Shown one piece after another: positions 1 to 12,299 of a stretch of DNA of 64,000 bases. The notes under the pieces are model-generated. The model had not been told where the DNA came from. It was given only the letters and a program-made list of their open reading frames with translations, and searched no databases. Location: assembly GCA_976226885.1 (NCBI GenBank), contig OZ320318.1, positions 86,056,001-86,120,000 on the forward strand, given 5' to 3'. Numbering within the stretch: the stretch's first letter is position 1; each line of letters begins with the position of its first letter. The DNA comes from Iphione sp. A-MEVVRFRX5 (lineage: Eukaryota). Made by a program: the position numbers and the translations under genes.

Positions 1-524
1 TTTAATTGATCTCATTTATATACAGGTACATGTATTTCCTTTTATGTAGGCTAATAACACACGTCGCAATTATGTTTGTTTTAGATTGCAAAAAGAACGC
101 CAGTGCGTCCTCTTTTTGCTGTGTTTGTTATTAACATCGGGACAATGGATTTTGGGTCAACTTTGAACTAGATCTTTTTATTCTCTTCAACTCCTGTAGT
201 AGTAGTAGTCTTCTCTCTCTCCAAGTCCAAAAATCAATATATGTTCTTCTTAAGGCTGATCTGTTTACATCATGATATGATACTAAATGACAGTTGGCAG
301 ATGGTAGTGTGTTATGTGGTTTGTAGCCTGCCTTCAATACACTTCATGTCGCATGCCAAGCACCATTGACATAAATATAGAGACTTAATTGTATTTTACA
401 ACAATTACTGCCCTCATAATTCTCTGTATCCTTTTGACGTCTCACTCCATCCGCTTATCTATGAAAATCGTCAGGTCTTTATGTTGGTTTTTGTTGAAAA
501 CTTGTGTTCAATTACGTAGTACAA

Positions 525-867
525 GGCCCAAAACAATAGGTGTGTTTCTGGTAATGACAAGCCAAAAACCTAGGTAGGGAGGGGGGTATTTTTTTTTTTT
601 AGATTTTTTTCTAGTATCTTTCAATAATAGTAAAGACAATATCAAGAATTTTGACTAATCTGTATGACCTTTACAGTTTTTTGGTGATTTTCCATGGATT
701 GTATTGTTTTTCTACTGAATTTACCAAAAATATGTGTCATGAAAACACATATTTAAGGAAATTCAGCCTTAGAAACTCTTTGGGGCCAAAAGATTTTAGG
801 TAGGGTGAGGTTTTACTAGGTAGGGTGGGTGGGGGTGTTACCAGAAACATACCTATTTTTTTTTGCC
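525..867. mobile_element. PIF/Harbinger-like MITE, family A, copy 1
   Basis: Left end GGCCCAAAACAATAGGTGTGTTTCTGGTAA and right end TTACCAGAAACATACCTATTTTTTTTTGCC are inverted repeats. TAA follows at 868-870 (left flank CAA). The body is the reverse complement of 62827-63179 and 46469-46810. Confidence 0.85.
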
Positions 868-1485
868 TAATGAATAATAGTTACACATGCACCTATTGTG
901 TAAGACAGTAGCATATTCGATTCAACAAATGTTAGCATTGTGCAGGTGCAGCCAATAATGACTATAGGGGAATATTATGGATGAAACTTTATTTTATATT
1001 GCATGAATAAAATGATATTACTAATTCGTTGCATCAGAAGGTTCTATCAAGGACAACTAATGAGATTTTCTGGTGTAACAATAATACATAGATAAGCATA
1101 TCTCATTGGTATTTCATATGTATACATTAATAACAATAAGAGACAACAGAACATGATGTTAGAGAATACAACACAGTGACTCTATTAAAATTTAAAAATC
1201 GCAGCTGAATGACGTTTTGAACAATGGAATGTGATGTCACTGGTACCATAGATCCCTTAGCAACTAACCATAGGTACAGGTTGTTGATTGTTTTGAACTA
1301 AAAACACACATAAATATCCTCTTTATATTACATCTAAATAATCTCTAATTACAGAGTTATTCTCTTCAGCCAGATAAATGATAAACGTCTTATCTCGCCT
1401 CAGCAGGACAACTCCGTTCTGAGATAAAATTTCCGTATTTATACGGTGTTCTAACATTGGGGGAGAACTATACATGAAAGGCTAA

Positions 1486-1673
1486 AGCGCTTTTTTCCAT
1501 GCATGCGGGTTGTACATGCTGAGACAAGGATGTGGATTGACTGCCTGATGTATCGGTCTATCTGGACATGCATGCAGGTCAAGAAAACCCGGACACATGG
1601 AAATATGTACATTAAAATAAAGAGTGGTTAGACTTCCTGCATGCATACAACCCACACAGATGGAAAAAGCCCC
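1486..1673. mobile_element. Harbinger-like MITE (GGGGCTTTTTCCAT-type ends)
   Basis: Left AGCGCTTTTTTCCATGCATGCGGGTTGTA resembles the reverse complement of the right end (GGGGCTTTTTCCATCTGTGTGGGTTGTA). Flanked by TAA (1483-1485) and TTA (1674-1676). Confidence 0.6.
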
Positions 1674-1842
1674 TTAGTTCGAGCAGAATCTGTTCTATTC
1701 AAATAGGTTGCTCGTCTCCCTGGGGGCTGAGCCAATAGCCAGGTCTACTGTACATGCCCAGCTAACAATGCATGCACCGAATTCATTCAAGATCTACCTC
1801 TCACACATTGATGTAAAGGAAATACAGTAGTCCGCCCCTTAA

Positions 1843-2408
1843 CCCTATAGAGGCGGCACCTGACAATATGTCATGGACTTAAATGACGGGGGTAATTTTG
1901 ACACTTTCCTATAGAGGGCGGCACAATATTGTTGCGTCATTTTTATACGCACGGACGATTTGAGTTGTTATTAGCCTTCTAAAGTATATTTATTCAATGG
2001 TCTAAGGAGAATTCAGCATGGACATCGATTTATGAATGTTTTTGGAATGACAATATGAATTTATTTGAGAATATTACTTGGAATTTGATATCAGGTAGGC
2101 AATTTGCTGTGTACGTCATTGTTTTTATGCTTACATACATGCAAATATGACAGTGTTCATTGAAAAATATCATGTTCCTTTCAAAACTTAATATTTCTGT
2201 ATAGTTTAGGATAAAGAATGACTATTTTTCTATATTTGATCCAAATATTATCAATATCCAAGCATTATTTCTATGAAAATTCATTATAAGAACACTGACA
2301 TTTAAGATAATGCCTCAAGGCATCAACCGGCCTTTGCACGGGAATGCCTACAGGCATTCGCCGTCATTTACACGGGAGTGCCTGCAGGCATTTGCCGCCT
2401 GGATAGGG
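1843..2408. mobile_element. Non-autonomous piggyBac-like element
   Basis: TTAA on both sides (1839-1842, 2409-2412). Ends CCCTATAGAGGCGGCA and, reverse-complemented, CCCTATCCAGGCGGCA match 14/16. A TTAA TSD with CCC...GGG ends is the piggyBac hallmark. No transposase ORF. Confidence 0.8.
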
Positions 2409-2649
2409 TTAATCTCATAGCTGACAGTACTACTTGTCTGACAGACTCTAGGGGAACCAAAATGTGAAACAATGGACTGAAAATGTTTCTAGATCTGACA
2501 AGTCCCACATATCTGGTGAAATCTATACAGGAACCAAAACTTATGGAGGACCACTGTACTGCAATTGTACACCTAACAACAGACGATGAGAGTCACACTC
2601 AAATGGCTCAGGTAGTAGTGGGAAAGAAGGACCAAGCTGTAGCAAAGCT

Positions 2650-3015
2650 GACACAGTACAGCAGTTTAAGAATACTCAAGCTACCTATGCGGTTTTGTAA
2701 CCATTACTGGATAAATGTTCAATAATATGATGGTACACGATGACACAGGACAGCAGGTTAAGAATACTCAAGCTACCTATGTGGTTTTGTAACCATTACC
2801 GGATAAATGTTCAATAATATGATAGTACACGATGACACAGGACAGCAGGTTAAGAATACTCAAGCTACCTATGTGGTTTTGTAACCATTACTGGATAAAT
2901 GTTCAATAATATGATAGTACACGATGAGACAGGACAGCAGGTTAAGAATACTCAAGCTACCTATGCGGTTTTGTAACCATCACTAGATAAATGTTCGATG
3001 ATATGACAGTACATG
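2650..3015. repeat. Tandem repeat, 92-bp unit, about 4 copies
   Basis: The unit GACACAGGACAGCAGGTTAAGAATACTCAAGCTACCTATG...GATAGTACACGAT starts at 2650, 2742, 2834 and 2926, with only a few substitutions. Confidence 0.95.
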
Positions 3016-4422
3016 CTGATGGTTAAGCAGGCCATCTATAAGATGACTCCACATGATATGTCGACTTGAAACAGGAGCAAGAGATGTGTTATTCATGTAA
3101 AACAACGATATCTATACAGACAGTAAAAGGCCAATTAAAAGAAACTCGTAACTCTATCGTTAATTACTTGGTCATTTTAGATCATAAATTTCATCCTGTA
3201 AAAAAATCAAGGCAATATTTGCATTAAGGTAAATATTCAGCTATCATTTAAGCTGTTCTTCTACATCCACCTGTGGTAGCATAGTACATACCATCTATTA
3301 TTGAAAACTGAGAGACCAGAATACCCAGAATTGTCCCTTAATTTTATTTCAAATAGATTTCTCGGGTATTTTTGTGCATAGGGAACAGAATCCTATACAC
3401 CCATGGCCTTTTCTATGAGTTGTGGACCACTCTGGATATAATAATTATGTGAATAATTCTATGTAATTAGTTAGGACTGGGAAATTGCTCTATATGTTCT
3501 TTGTGTGTCTATGGTAGGGTGAGTGTGGGAGATTGACAGAGTGACCTGGGCTGAACAGCGTATAAGCACCCTACATTCGTATACATGTGTGGACGTAGAG
3601 GGAGGGGGGACCTGTAGGCAGGTTCTGGGCATCAGTCGATTGAAAGGGAAAGCACCAGCGTTGTTATGTAAGTTGTGATATGAACATTATCTTTGGCATC
3701 TGATGAAGAATGCTCGTTGCAGTCGCAGTTACATTGCATTACGGCCAGCACGGTTTCATTTGACAACTACACGTGACCTTGGCGAAGTTAGATAACCCCT
3801 TCGGGCCGTGTGTATACACCGGCTCTCTGGAGAACACTCTCACATAGTGCGAGCACTTCTAAACCTATGTATCCGGACCGTGTGTTATTTGTACCGAGGA
3901 ACTGGCCTCACCGCCCTGTTATATTTAGAAGGAGAAATCCAACTTAAAATTGATGGATTCAAATTGATATACTGTCAGACCTCATTGACCGAATAAAAAA
4001 AGCCCGCGTGTCTGGACGGACTGTATTTTCACCAATAATTATTTATGACCTTGTTGCCCAAAGCCTCAAACTATAGTGAAAATATCAACTGCGTGTTTAT
4101 CTCATGAATTAGACTGTGTACCTATCGGTTAATTGGATTTGACTGTGCTGACTGTAATTCCCTTTTTATCTGAAGAGTGCTGAATAAAACGAGCATCGAC
4201 TGTTATAACTAAAGCAATATTCCCACAGTATCCCACTGCTGTTTTAATACTATGCATATAATTTACGCCATCTCGTTCGGGGTTATAGAATCGTAAGTAA
4301 ATTTATATCAGAATTCCTTCAGTCTATTCTCTCATATGAAGTTCTAACCTAAGGGGCTGTTAACATGTAGCCATATTTCCCTACGTCTACAGAGCCGTAG
4401 ATGTAGAAATACTTTTTATATA

Positions 4423-5379
4423 CAGAGAGAATTCCAAAACCGAACGATCGCCGTTTCCGCCAAAATCGTTCAGTTTTGGGATAATTCGTATTTGGAATTG
4501 TGGCCTGAGGCCACTCTCAATTTCACACAGTTAAGGGTGGCCTCAGGCCCCCCTTAACTCTTTCCATACCCAGAAGATTGAAATCATATAATGAATGGGA
4601 TCTAATCTAAACCTGAAATAATGGAGAGAAAACAACCCAAAATTGACTTTTGACCATGCATATCTATAAAAATGAAATAAATCATATAATGAATGGGATC
4701 AGAGGCTTCTGCATCATCAAAGGTTAGCGACTTGGAGGGGAACCGAGCTCGCCGTGGTCGACGGGGCCTCTCCGAAGGTGTCGATCGAGGTGAGAGTCGC
4801 TCAAAGGGTAGCGAATTGGAGGGGAACCGAGCTCGCCGCGGTCGACCGGGGGCCTCTCCGTAGGTGTCGATCGAGGTGAGAGCTGTTCAAAGGGCTCGCA
4901 GACAGCTCAGCCCGGTCGACCTGGGCCTCTCAGAGGCTTCTGCGTCATCAAAGGTTAGCGACTTGGAGGGGAACCGAGCTCGCCGCGGTCGACGGGGCCT
5001 CTCCGAAGGTGTCGATCGAGGTGAGAGTCGCTCAAAGGGTAGCGAATTGGAGGGGAACCGAGCTCGCTGCGGTCGACCGGGGGCCTCTCCATAGGTGTCG
5101 ATCGAGGTGAGAGCTGTTCAAAGGGCTCGCAGACAGCTCAGCCCGGTCGACCTGGGCCTCTCAGAGGCTTCTGCGTCATCAAAGGTGAGGCCCAGGTCGA
5201 GCATTCGGATTTCGAGTGTAATATTAACTAATTTTGACCAAATACCAGCGTTCGGATTCGGAAATTGCATATTTCGTATATCTGAATACCTTCATAGAGC
5301 AAAACGTTTGGTTCCCAGAAATATCGTTCGGTTTTGGGGCGATTCGGATTTCGAGTGTTCGGATTTGGAGTCGTCTCTG
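4423..5379. mobile_element. Tc1/mariner-like MITE carrying an internal tandem array
   Basis: TA flanks at 4421-4422 and 5380-5381. Left CAGAGAGAATTCCAAAACCGAAC vs reverse-complemented right CAGAGACGACTCCAAATCCGAAC (19/23). Subterminal TTCGG-rich repeats. Confidence 0.75.
4700..5185. repeat. GC/CpG-rich higher-order tandem repeat, 231-bp unit x about 2.1
   Basis: CAGAGGCTTCTGC starts at 4700, 4931 and 5162. Each unit has three TCAAAGG-initiated subunits of 84, 86 and 61 bp (starts 4717, 4801, 4887). Confidence 0.95.
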
Positions 5380-5389
5380 TAGTAATCAA

Positions 5390-5624
5390 GGAAAGCATTC
5401 ACATGTAGCTGTGTCCGTATTGTTCTAAGGCTACGGATCCATATACAATGTACATAAATAACAAATCCATTGGCAATGGCTATGGATCCATTTTCCCTAG
5501 GAAACAATGGTGAAGAGACATCTGGTTATCATATGTGAGCACTTAGAACACACTCCACACGGGGGCATCCTACTAGTACGGATCCGCCCACTAGTTTTCG
5601 TATAGGATACATGTGAACGGCCCC
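5390..5624. mobile_element. Harbinger-like MITE family C (TTCACATGTA ends)
   Basis: Left ...CATTCACATGTAGC and right GATACATGTGAACGGCCCC followed by TAA. Carries the family core CTAGGAAACAATGGTGAAGAGACATCTGG. Confidence 0.65.
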
Positions 5625-6299
5625 TAAGCAAAGGGACATAATTTTCAATACCAGTATGTCTTGATGGGCCTTCGCTGCAATACTTACTATACGGACAGTC
5701 TTCAGTCAGTCATCAGAAGAAACAATTGGACAAATGAGGGAGATGTGCTCCGGATTCAGTAGTCTTCTACCCAAGATGGTAAGCCAGGGAAAGGTTGAAT
5801 TTCCCTGCACACATATCTCCATATTTTGTCCATACTGGTACCACTTTGATATTTGGGCATAAAGATTAACACTAGGAAGCTACCCATGCACACATGAATA
5901 AAGTAGCATATTCCATATCTCTGTGTAGTATGTTTCTGGAATGGGACAGGTTCCAATTTCCATGAATATGTATCTGTATATTTCTAAAGCTATGGTTATA
6001 ACCAAGGCTGAAAATGAAACCATGCTACATGGATACACATCAACACAAAGACACAGTGTCAACTTTTCATGCCATTCCACAGCATTCCATCCAACAGGGT
6101 TAAATGGAAACACAGCCTAACAAGCCATCTTTGTACTGATTTGGTATTTTTGAGCCTATGTCCTCTAGCACAGTCTCCGCCCCATCTCTTTTTTTTAAAT
6201 ATCTGGTTCTATCACCTGGCATTTCTTTTCATTTGGAGGCAGCTTCTGTTTCCAACATTCATCCCTCAAAAAAATCTCACACCTCCCTCACCCCTCTCT

Positions 6300-6306
<7 letters not shown>

Positions 6307-6350
<44 letters not shown>
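6307..6350. repeat. (CT)n microsatellite
   Basis: About 22 CT units. Confidence 0.98.
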
Positions 6351-6354
<4 letters not shown>

Positions 6355-7036
6355 GCCTGTATGTCTGTCTATCGATCGAGCCGATGTTTCCTGTCCCTTT
6401 CTCTCCTCTTAACGCAAACCACGTGCTCTAACAACCAGCATAACCTGCCAGGGCTCGGACAGTGTATAGACTATACAGAAATCTAGATTGTTACGTCTCA
6501 GCATTCTCATCGCCATATTTTCTGTCCTTCGCAGCCCCGCAGGTCTCCAATGAGCTTCCAGGCATTCTTGGCACACTTATGTGCAGTCTGGTTGTACTCT
6601 CTCCTCCAGGTTTCTAGATTGATGACAGCCTGTTGGTATCTATCAGCCGTACAACTCCCCTCATTGTACGCACAGAGTAAAAGCCAACTGCACACGAGTA
6701 GACGATGCTAGTCGTGAGTCAATTAAACTGTGTTTGAACTGATTTCCTGGCATCTGCGCAGCTCACTACACACATACACACATACTCACACATACACCGA
6801 CACACAATAACAGTAAAGTTACAAACAAGTGGATAATGCCGAACTGCCTTTTGCCATGTGCTAACCTAATCCCCCACCTCCCTCCCCCCATCCCGCCCTA
6901 AGTGGATGTACTGAGAAATGTCAATTGCAGATATACTGAAATTGATACATACATTGAATTCAAATTCTTATTCGCGAATTACTGTTTGAGAAAATTTCTA
7001 AATTCGCCAATCAGCTTCATTTAATAAAAAGCAGTA

Positions 7037-7194
7037 CGGTAGAAAGCCACCATATGGACAGTGTCTAACAGGGGCACCTCAAAGAAGAACAAATTCTCTT
7101 TTTTTATGTAGTAATTACCTCTAATAGGGACAAGTCTCAACTTGGGGCAGTTTGAGGAAGAACCAAGGGTGTCCGGATTAGAGGTTTTCTACTG
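7037..7194. mobile_element. Small Tc1/mariner-like MITE
   Basis: TA|CGGTAGAAAGCC ... GAGGTTTTCTACTG|TA, with the GGACA/TGTCC-rich interior seen in other small MITEs in this window. Confidence 0.6.
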
Positions 7195-7869
7195 TAGCTG
7201 ACTGACACACTCTGATGCTTTGTAATGTACATGTCTGCAGTTTCCTAGCTCTTACATTTGGCCATTGAAGGCTGGACTTCATAAGTGCGATTTGGGTGCA
7301 TGTGTATGTGGGAAGCCTGCAAGAAAAGCCTGCTTTGTTTAAAACAAATTTTTTGAGATGTTTTGCCTGTCTGTATGAAAATTAGCAGTTTATTGTAACG
7401 CGATGCTTTTTGTGAGGATGACGAGGAGGAGGCAGTGAAGGATGAGGACTGCACAGCGTTTCCATCTGGCTGTGTACCGTGCACTGTGTTGCACTATGTT
7501 TTTTGATTGGGACATTTCCTTTTTCATGTCGATTTTTAGGTGATAGACCATGTTAGTTCTGTATTTGACAATAAAACTGCAAATTTCCACATTTCATGAA
7601 TTATTTGCCCTGTTGTGCATTTTTTATCAGTTATTTACTTTGTTGTGTAGTTTTTAATGAGTTGTTTACTTTGTTGTGTGGTTTTAATGTTTTTTTTTGT
7701 TGTTTTGTGTCTTTTTTCGAGTGTTTTTTTATAGTGTTGTACATGTTTTCATCTACTGTATATTTCACAAACCACGATAGAAATGCAGTAGACACACAGT
7801 CGGTTTCAACCCAAAACACGATGGAAGCAGGAACACCAGGACACAACCTCTCCATGTTTGCCAGTTAAA

Positions 7870-8290
7870 GAATCGTGACACAGTGACACTTTTTCATGGT
7901 GTTTCACAGGTCCATGGTGACATGTGTACAATAAGGTAACCGTAACAAATGTGTCTATGGCGTAACAGGAGTTGATAGCTAAATATAGCATAGATTATGT
8001 AATGATTGTGCAATATTCTCCAGTCCAGACATATGTCTAGACAGTCTATCTATTTTTAGCTACTGTTATGTAATCTGTGAGGTATTGCACAACCCTCGAG
8101 TATATGAGTAAACATGTTCTTCCGAATATACAGACCCTTTCTCTTTGCACATATGAGAAAGATCACCTCATGCGCAACTATTTTAGTGTATTTGGAGTAA
8201 ACCAGTTTCCTTATTTTTGTTATCTGTTTTACTTTTCACCCGCCAGCACTCCGCTGGACTCACACACGTTACAATACAATACTGATGTAC
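7870..8290 (-). repeat. Dispersed repeat family D, copy 1 (inverted relative to 12300-12690)
   Basis: Reverse complement matches 12300-12690 (GTCTAGACAT.GTCTGGACT, TTAGCTATCAACTC, GTGCAAAGAGAAAGGGTCTGT) and 44570-44820. Ends approximate. Confidence 0.8.
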
Positions 8291-8829
8291 ATTAACTACA
8301 AAGTGATAGGTCGATCAATTTTATAGAGATAACTTTGGGCATCTGTTAGTCATGATATAACTTCTTTACTGCTTGCACTAAGTAAATCAGGCAGTACACG
8401 CATTTTGCAACATTGATTCTTGTAAACCAGCCTCTACTATGAGATACAGCATGGTGAAAACAGATCAGAGGCCTTCAACTCAGTATCACCGACTCATTTA
8501 TACAGTTAATTTTTGCTCCTTTTACCCCAACAAAAAATGAATGTTACAAAAATTAAGGATCGCATTTGTCTCTCCAAAATGTGACTATTCCTTTGCACTT
8601 TACAGTCTAACACACACTACCGACTTACACTTGAACCTATTAACAGTGAGCGACACGATCGGCATGTGTGTGCGATGCTCTGGTGGACAACACACCTTCC
8701 TGCAGTCCTACAAATAGACTCGCTGCGCTAGGGCCATGGCAGTGTCGAGGGTGGGGAGGGGGGGATGCAGCGTACGAAGCGCCCCATAGCGGCGACAAAA
8801 AGAACCAGCCCCGGTTGGAGAGAGGGAGG

Positions 8830-8833
<4 letters not shown>

Positions 8834-8888
<55 letters not shown>
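8834..8888. repeat. (GA)n microsatellite
   Basis: About 27 GA units. Confidence 0.98.
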
Positions 8889-8891
<3 letters not shown>

Positions 8892-10154
8892 CACTTCTGG
8901 ACATTATCTCCGCTCACGTCGCACCATCAATCACGTGACCCCGGCCACCTGGCGGCAGCCACGGTACTACAGGTGATTCCAGGTATCCTCCGAGGTACTC
9001 ACTACCACCGGAGCCGGTAGTAGCGTGGGAAAGTGTGGTCGCTCGGCAGAACCTTTTTATTTGCCGGCTAATATATATATATATACTGTACTATATACCT
9101 GTGGTCCGGAATAGAACTCTCGCCGTGAAGTATTTAGACAACTCATCGCAGCAGACAACCCAGCCCTGTACTGCCAACCTGACCATAAGTCGTAAAGCTG
9201 GGCGTTCGATGTGAAAATTGCAATCCAAATAATGTTGACAGGCGGAGTGATAAATGAACTGGCAGGGTTAGTATCTTAGCTTCATAGTAAATATGTGTTT
9301 TTTTAGGAGGGAGGGGGGAGTGGGCAATGCTTTTTGGAACACTAAACCAAATGGCATTGACATCAAAGTTATCTTTATGGAAAATGCTGAATTATCATGG
9401 ACATTTTCGGTGATCTACGTGGAATTTAACTACCCTGTGGCTGTTGTAAGACCCCCACCCCCCTCCCTCCTCCCTCTTACTTCCTCCTAGTTACAGGACT
9501 TCATTGAAGGACGAGGTCATGCCCACCTCTTCTTAAAGGAATGTCCTGCGTGGGTACATTTATACACGCTCAGCGTGTTGCCAAGGTCAGCAATGGTCAG
9601 CATATTTGTTACATTAGCCGCCACATTTTCTCCTCTGCCCCCTCCCCTCAACCCCCCACCCCCAACCCCCAACCCCCGCCCCCGGCCATTCCAAAGCAAG
9701 AGGCCCTCACGTTCAATGAATATATATGTACACTTCCCGCGTAGGACACCCGCCTCTCAAAGACAGCCAGTCCAAATGTGTTTAGAAGTAGGTCTCAAGT
9801 CGGTGTGGAGAATATACTTGTCGAGTAACGAAAAAGACAAGCTTTTTTTTATTTCTCGTCAATTTCCTAAGAAGCCTAGCAGGTAATATTCGCCATGTTG
9901 ATTGTAGACAACCGAAAAAAAGCGACCAAATAGTCGACATAACCTACGCACACATGGCCTTGAGGGGGTGGGGGGGGGGGGCTATGGCAGTTGGGATAAT
10001 TCGGCACATCTTATGGAGGCGGTGTCTTTTTAGGTCTCTACTTGATAGAGTTTCCGCCCGCCGGTTCTCCCGTTAAAAGAACAGCTTGGAGAAGCAGCCA
10101 GACCGACACAGCTGGGCCCTCTTTACAAGTACATACACACATTCCCCTACCTTT

Positions 10155-10400
10155 TTGGTGCCTTTCACATGCATGCGTTTTTCTATGGATACGGTCATGG
10201 GTGCATAGACATATTTTGTCTATTCTATACTTGAGCCCTGAAGCATCCACATGTGCGTGTATTTGTATTTCTCTATGGATATGGATGCGTATACGTAGAT
10301 GATGAACTGGTTGAGGACAGATTTTCCATGCATACTGATATGTAGACCATAGGAAGCAATGGTGAAGAGGCATCTGCTTACCATATGTGCATGGCTCCAG
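10155..10400. mobile_element. Family C MITE, decayed copy
   Basis: Starts GGTGCCTTTCACATGCATG and contains the core CCATAGGAAGCAATGGTGAAGAGGCATCTG at 10347. Ends approximate. Confidence 0.55.
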
Positions 10401-12299
10401 TACAGGGTAAATAGTGGGGTGAGACAGAAAACACTTAAAAATAAGAATTAATGAAAATTGAAATACATGATAAAAGTGTCTTACTTTGTCAACAACATAC
10501 CATAGAACCTATTAAAACCAATTTATTTCTAATTTACATAAAATTATCATGTATGGCAGTGATTTTAGAGGAAAAATGGCAAAAAAATCACTTCAAAAAT
10601 GTTACATTTCTACACCTGCATTCTATCTTTAATTATTATTGCCATTAAATGTATCATTTTCATTGTGTTCTTTATTTAATTTTACTACTAAACATGTATA
10701 TTTTGAAAAGTATGAATGCCTTCATGTCACAATCATAATTTATACACAATTGGTGGTATTCTTATATGCTGGTTCGTTCATAACTGTGGTGTCCTGTGTT
10801 ATAGTTACTTATACATGTGATTTATAACTGTGCATAGGATCTTAGGGAATATGAAAAAAAGGTTGATAGCTAATTATTCTATTGTAATAATGTTAATTTT
10901 ACACCTTAAAACAGAAAAACTATTATTTTCTATGGGGTCTGTATAAATGACAAAGATTTCTTACTGATAATACAAAACAATATCACAATGTCCAGTGTTA
11001 TGAACGAACTATGGATGTACATATAGCCTATATAGCCAGACCAGCCAAGATTTATTAATTCTATTATTAATTACTAACTCTTGTATAGCTACATAGTCTG
11101 TATTAATCATAATAATGGACCAAATAGTATTTCATTCCACCTAAAATATTGTTTTTATCAAATTCATTGACAAGTGAGAATGTAACATTTTGTTTCCCTA
11201 TATTGGAGCCATGCACATATGTTCTTAAACTACACTCAGCAGGATGCATTCTACGTCTCTGCACACATAGACATATTTTGTGTCCAGAAGTCTTATGGAT
11301 ACATGTGATAAGAGCCTTCCTCTTTCAGTTTGTACATCTCCGCTCCTGCCACTACCAAAACATGTTTACCCATGTCCAGTTGATTGCTTAAGTCTTCTTC
11401 TAAATAATCCTCCATCAAGTTTGAATGGTTGTAAGAACGTTGTATTCCCTGATGACCAACAAGCCCCTTAACCAAGTCGTCCGCTAGCCAATTTATATGT
11501 TTATGAACATGAACATGTTGACTCCACATATCAATGTTCAATATGGGGGACAGGCAGAGACGATCTTAAAATACAGAAAGCCAGAGATGATCACCAACCC
11601 GTTTAAATGTACCCGTTAAATATGTACATGTACTCCGGTTACAATAAGCAGAGAGATACAGAGACTTCCATTGTCTCGGTGTAAATTGGTTATACGGTGA
11701 CGCTTACTCCTATTGCTATAACAACAGGCACAACATGAATCGCCAATACCACCAGCTGAACACCACCACCACCTTGTTTTCAAACCAGCTAATGGGCATC
11801 CTTTAATTCATGCCATCGCTAATTATTTTCTACCATTACTCCTTTTCATTCCTCAATCTGGCATATATTCACATAAAACGATGAAGAATCCACACTGGTA
11901 GATCTAGTTCACTCGTAGTATACACCATAATATGTCTCAATCACAACACAACAAAGGGACTGGGAAACCATTCAGGCCTTTATTCATAACAATAAAGATA
12001 AAAAAATTTCAACAGAGAGAGTGTCGTTATAGAACAGTGATGTATAGTTGCTTAGCTACAATAATATTAACAACAATCGTTCATTACGACATATATTAAT
12101 ATAATAACTTATATATCGTATAAGTGTCTGTTTATTCAGTTAAGCTCCTTCCATGGATACAACCTGGTGGCTTTAATAGCGGAAACATATTATTTTGCAA
12201 TTTCGGGGACATTGGGCAGGACCTGATCTAGGAACTCTCGCTGAATCACAGGATTGCCAGACCGAGTCCTACCAGATCAACACTTACTGGACATGGTAT

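Noticed and set aside
2650-3015. CRISPR-like array
   Set aside because: The whole 92-bp unit repeats, with no unique spacers, in a eukaryotic context with no cas genes.
3463-4030. Solo LTR (TGTAA start, TATA-like word, AATAAA, CA end)
   Set aside because: No second LTR, no matching TSD, and no PBS or PPT; the boundaries are arbitrary.
4171-4200. Hammerhead ribozyme core (CTGAAGA; also CTGATGA near 3700, 26861 and 61849)
   Set aside because: No correctly placed GAAA after a stem II and no stems I/III could be built.
4864-5382. ORFs 4864-5094 and 5095-5382 as genes
   Set aside because: They are products of the 231-bp repeat, stop once per unit, and lie inside a MITE.
6069-6431. Microsatellite-driven ORFs (also 8640-8976, 27937-28278, 29808-30092, 29855-30049, 31563-32516)
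   Set aside because: The open frames arise from (CT)n, (GA)n, (AAT)n or (CA)n tracts.
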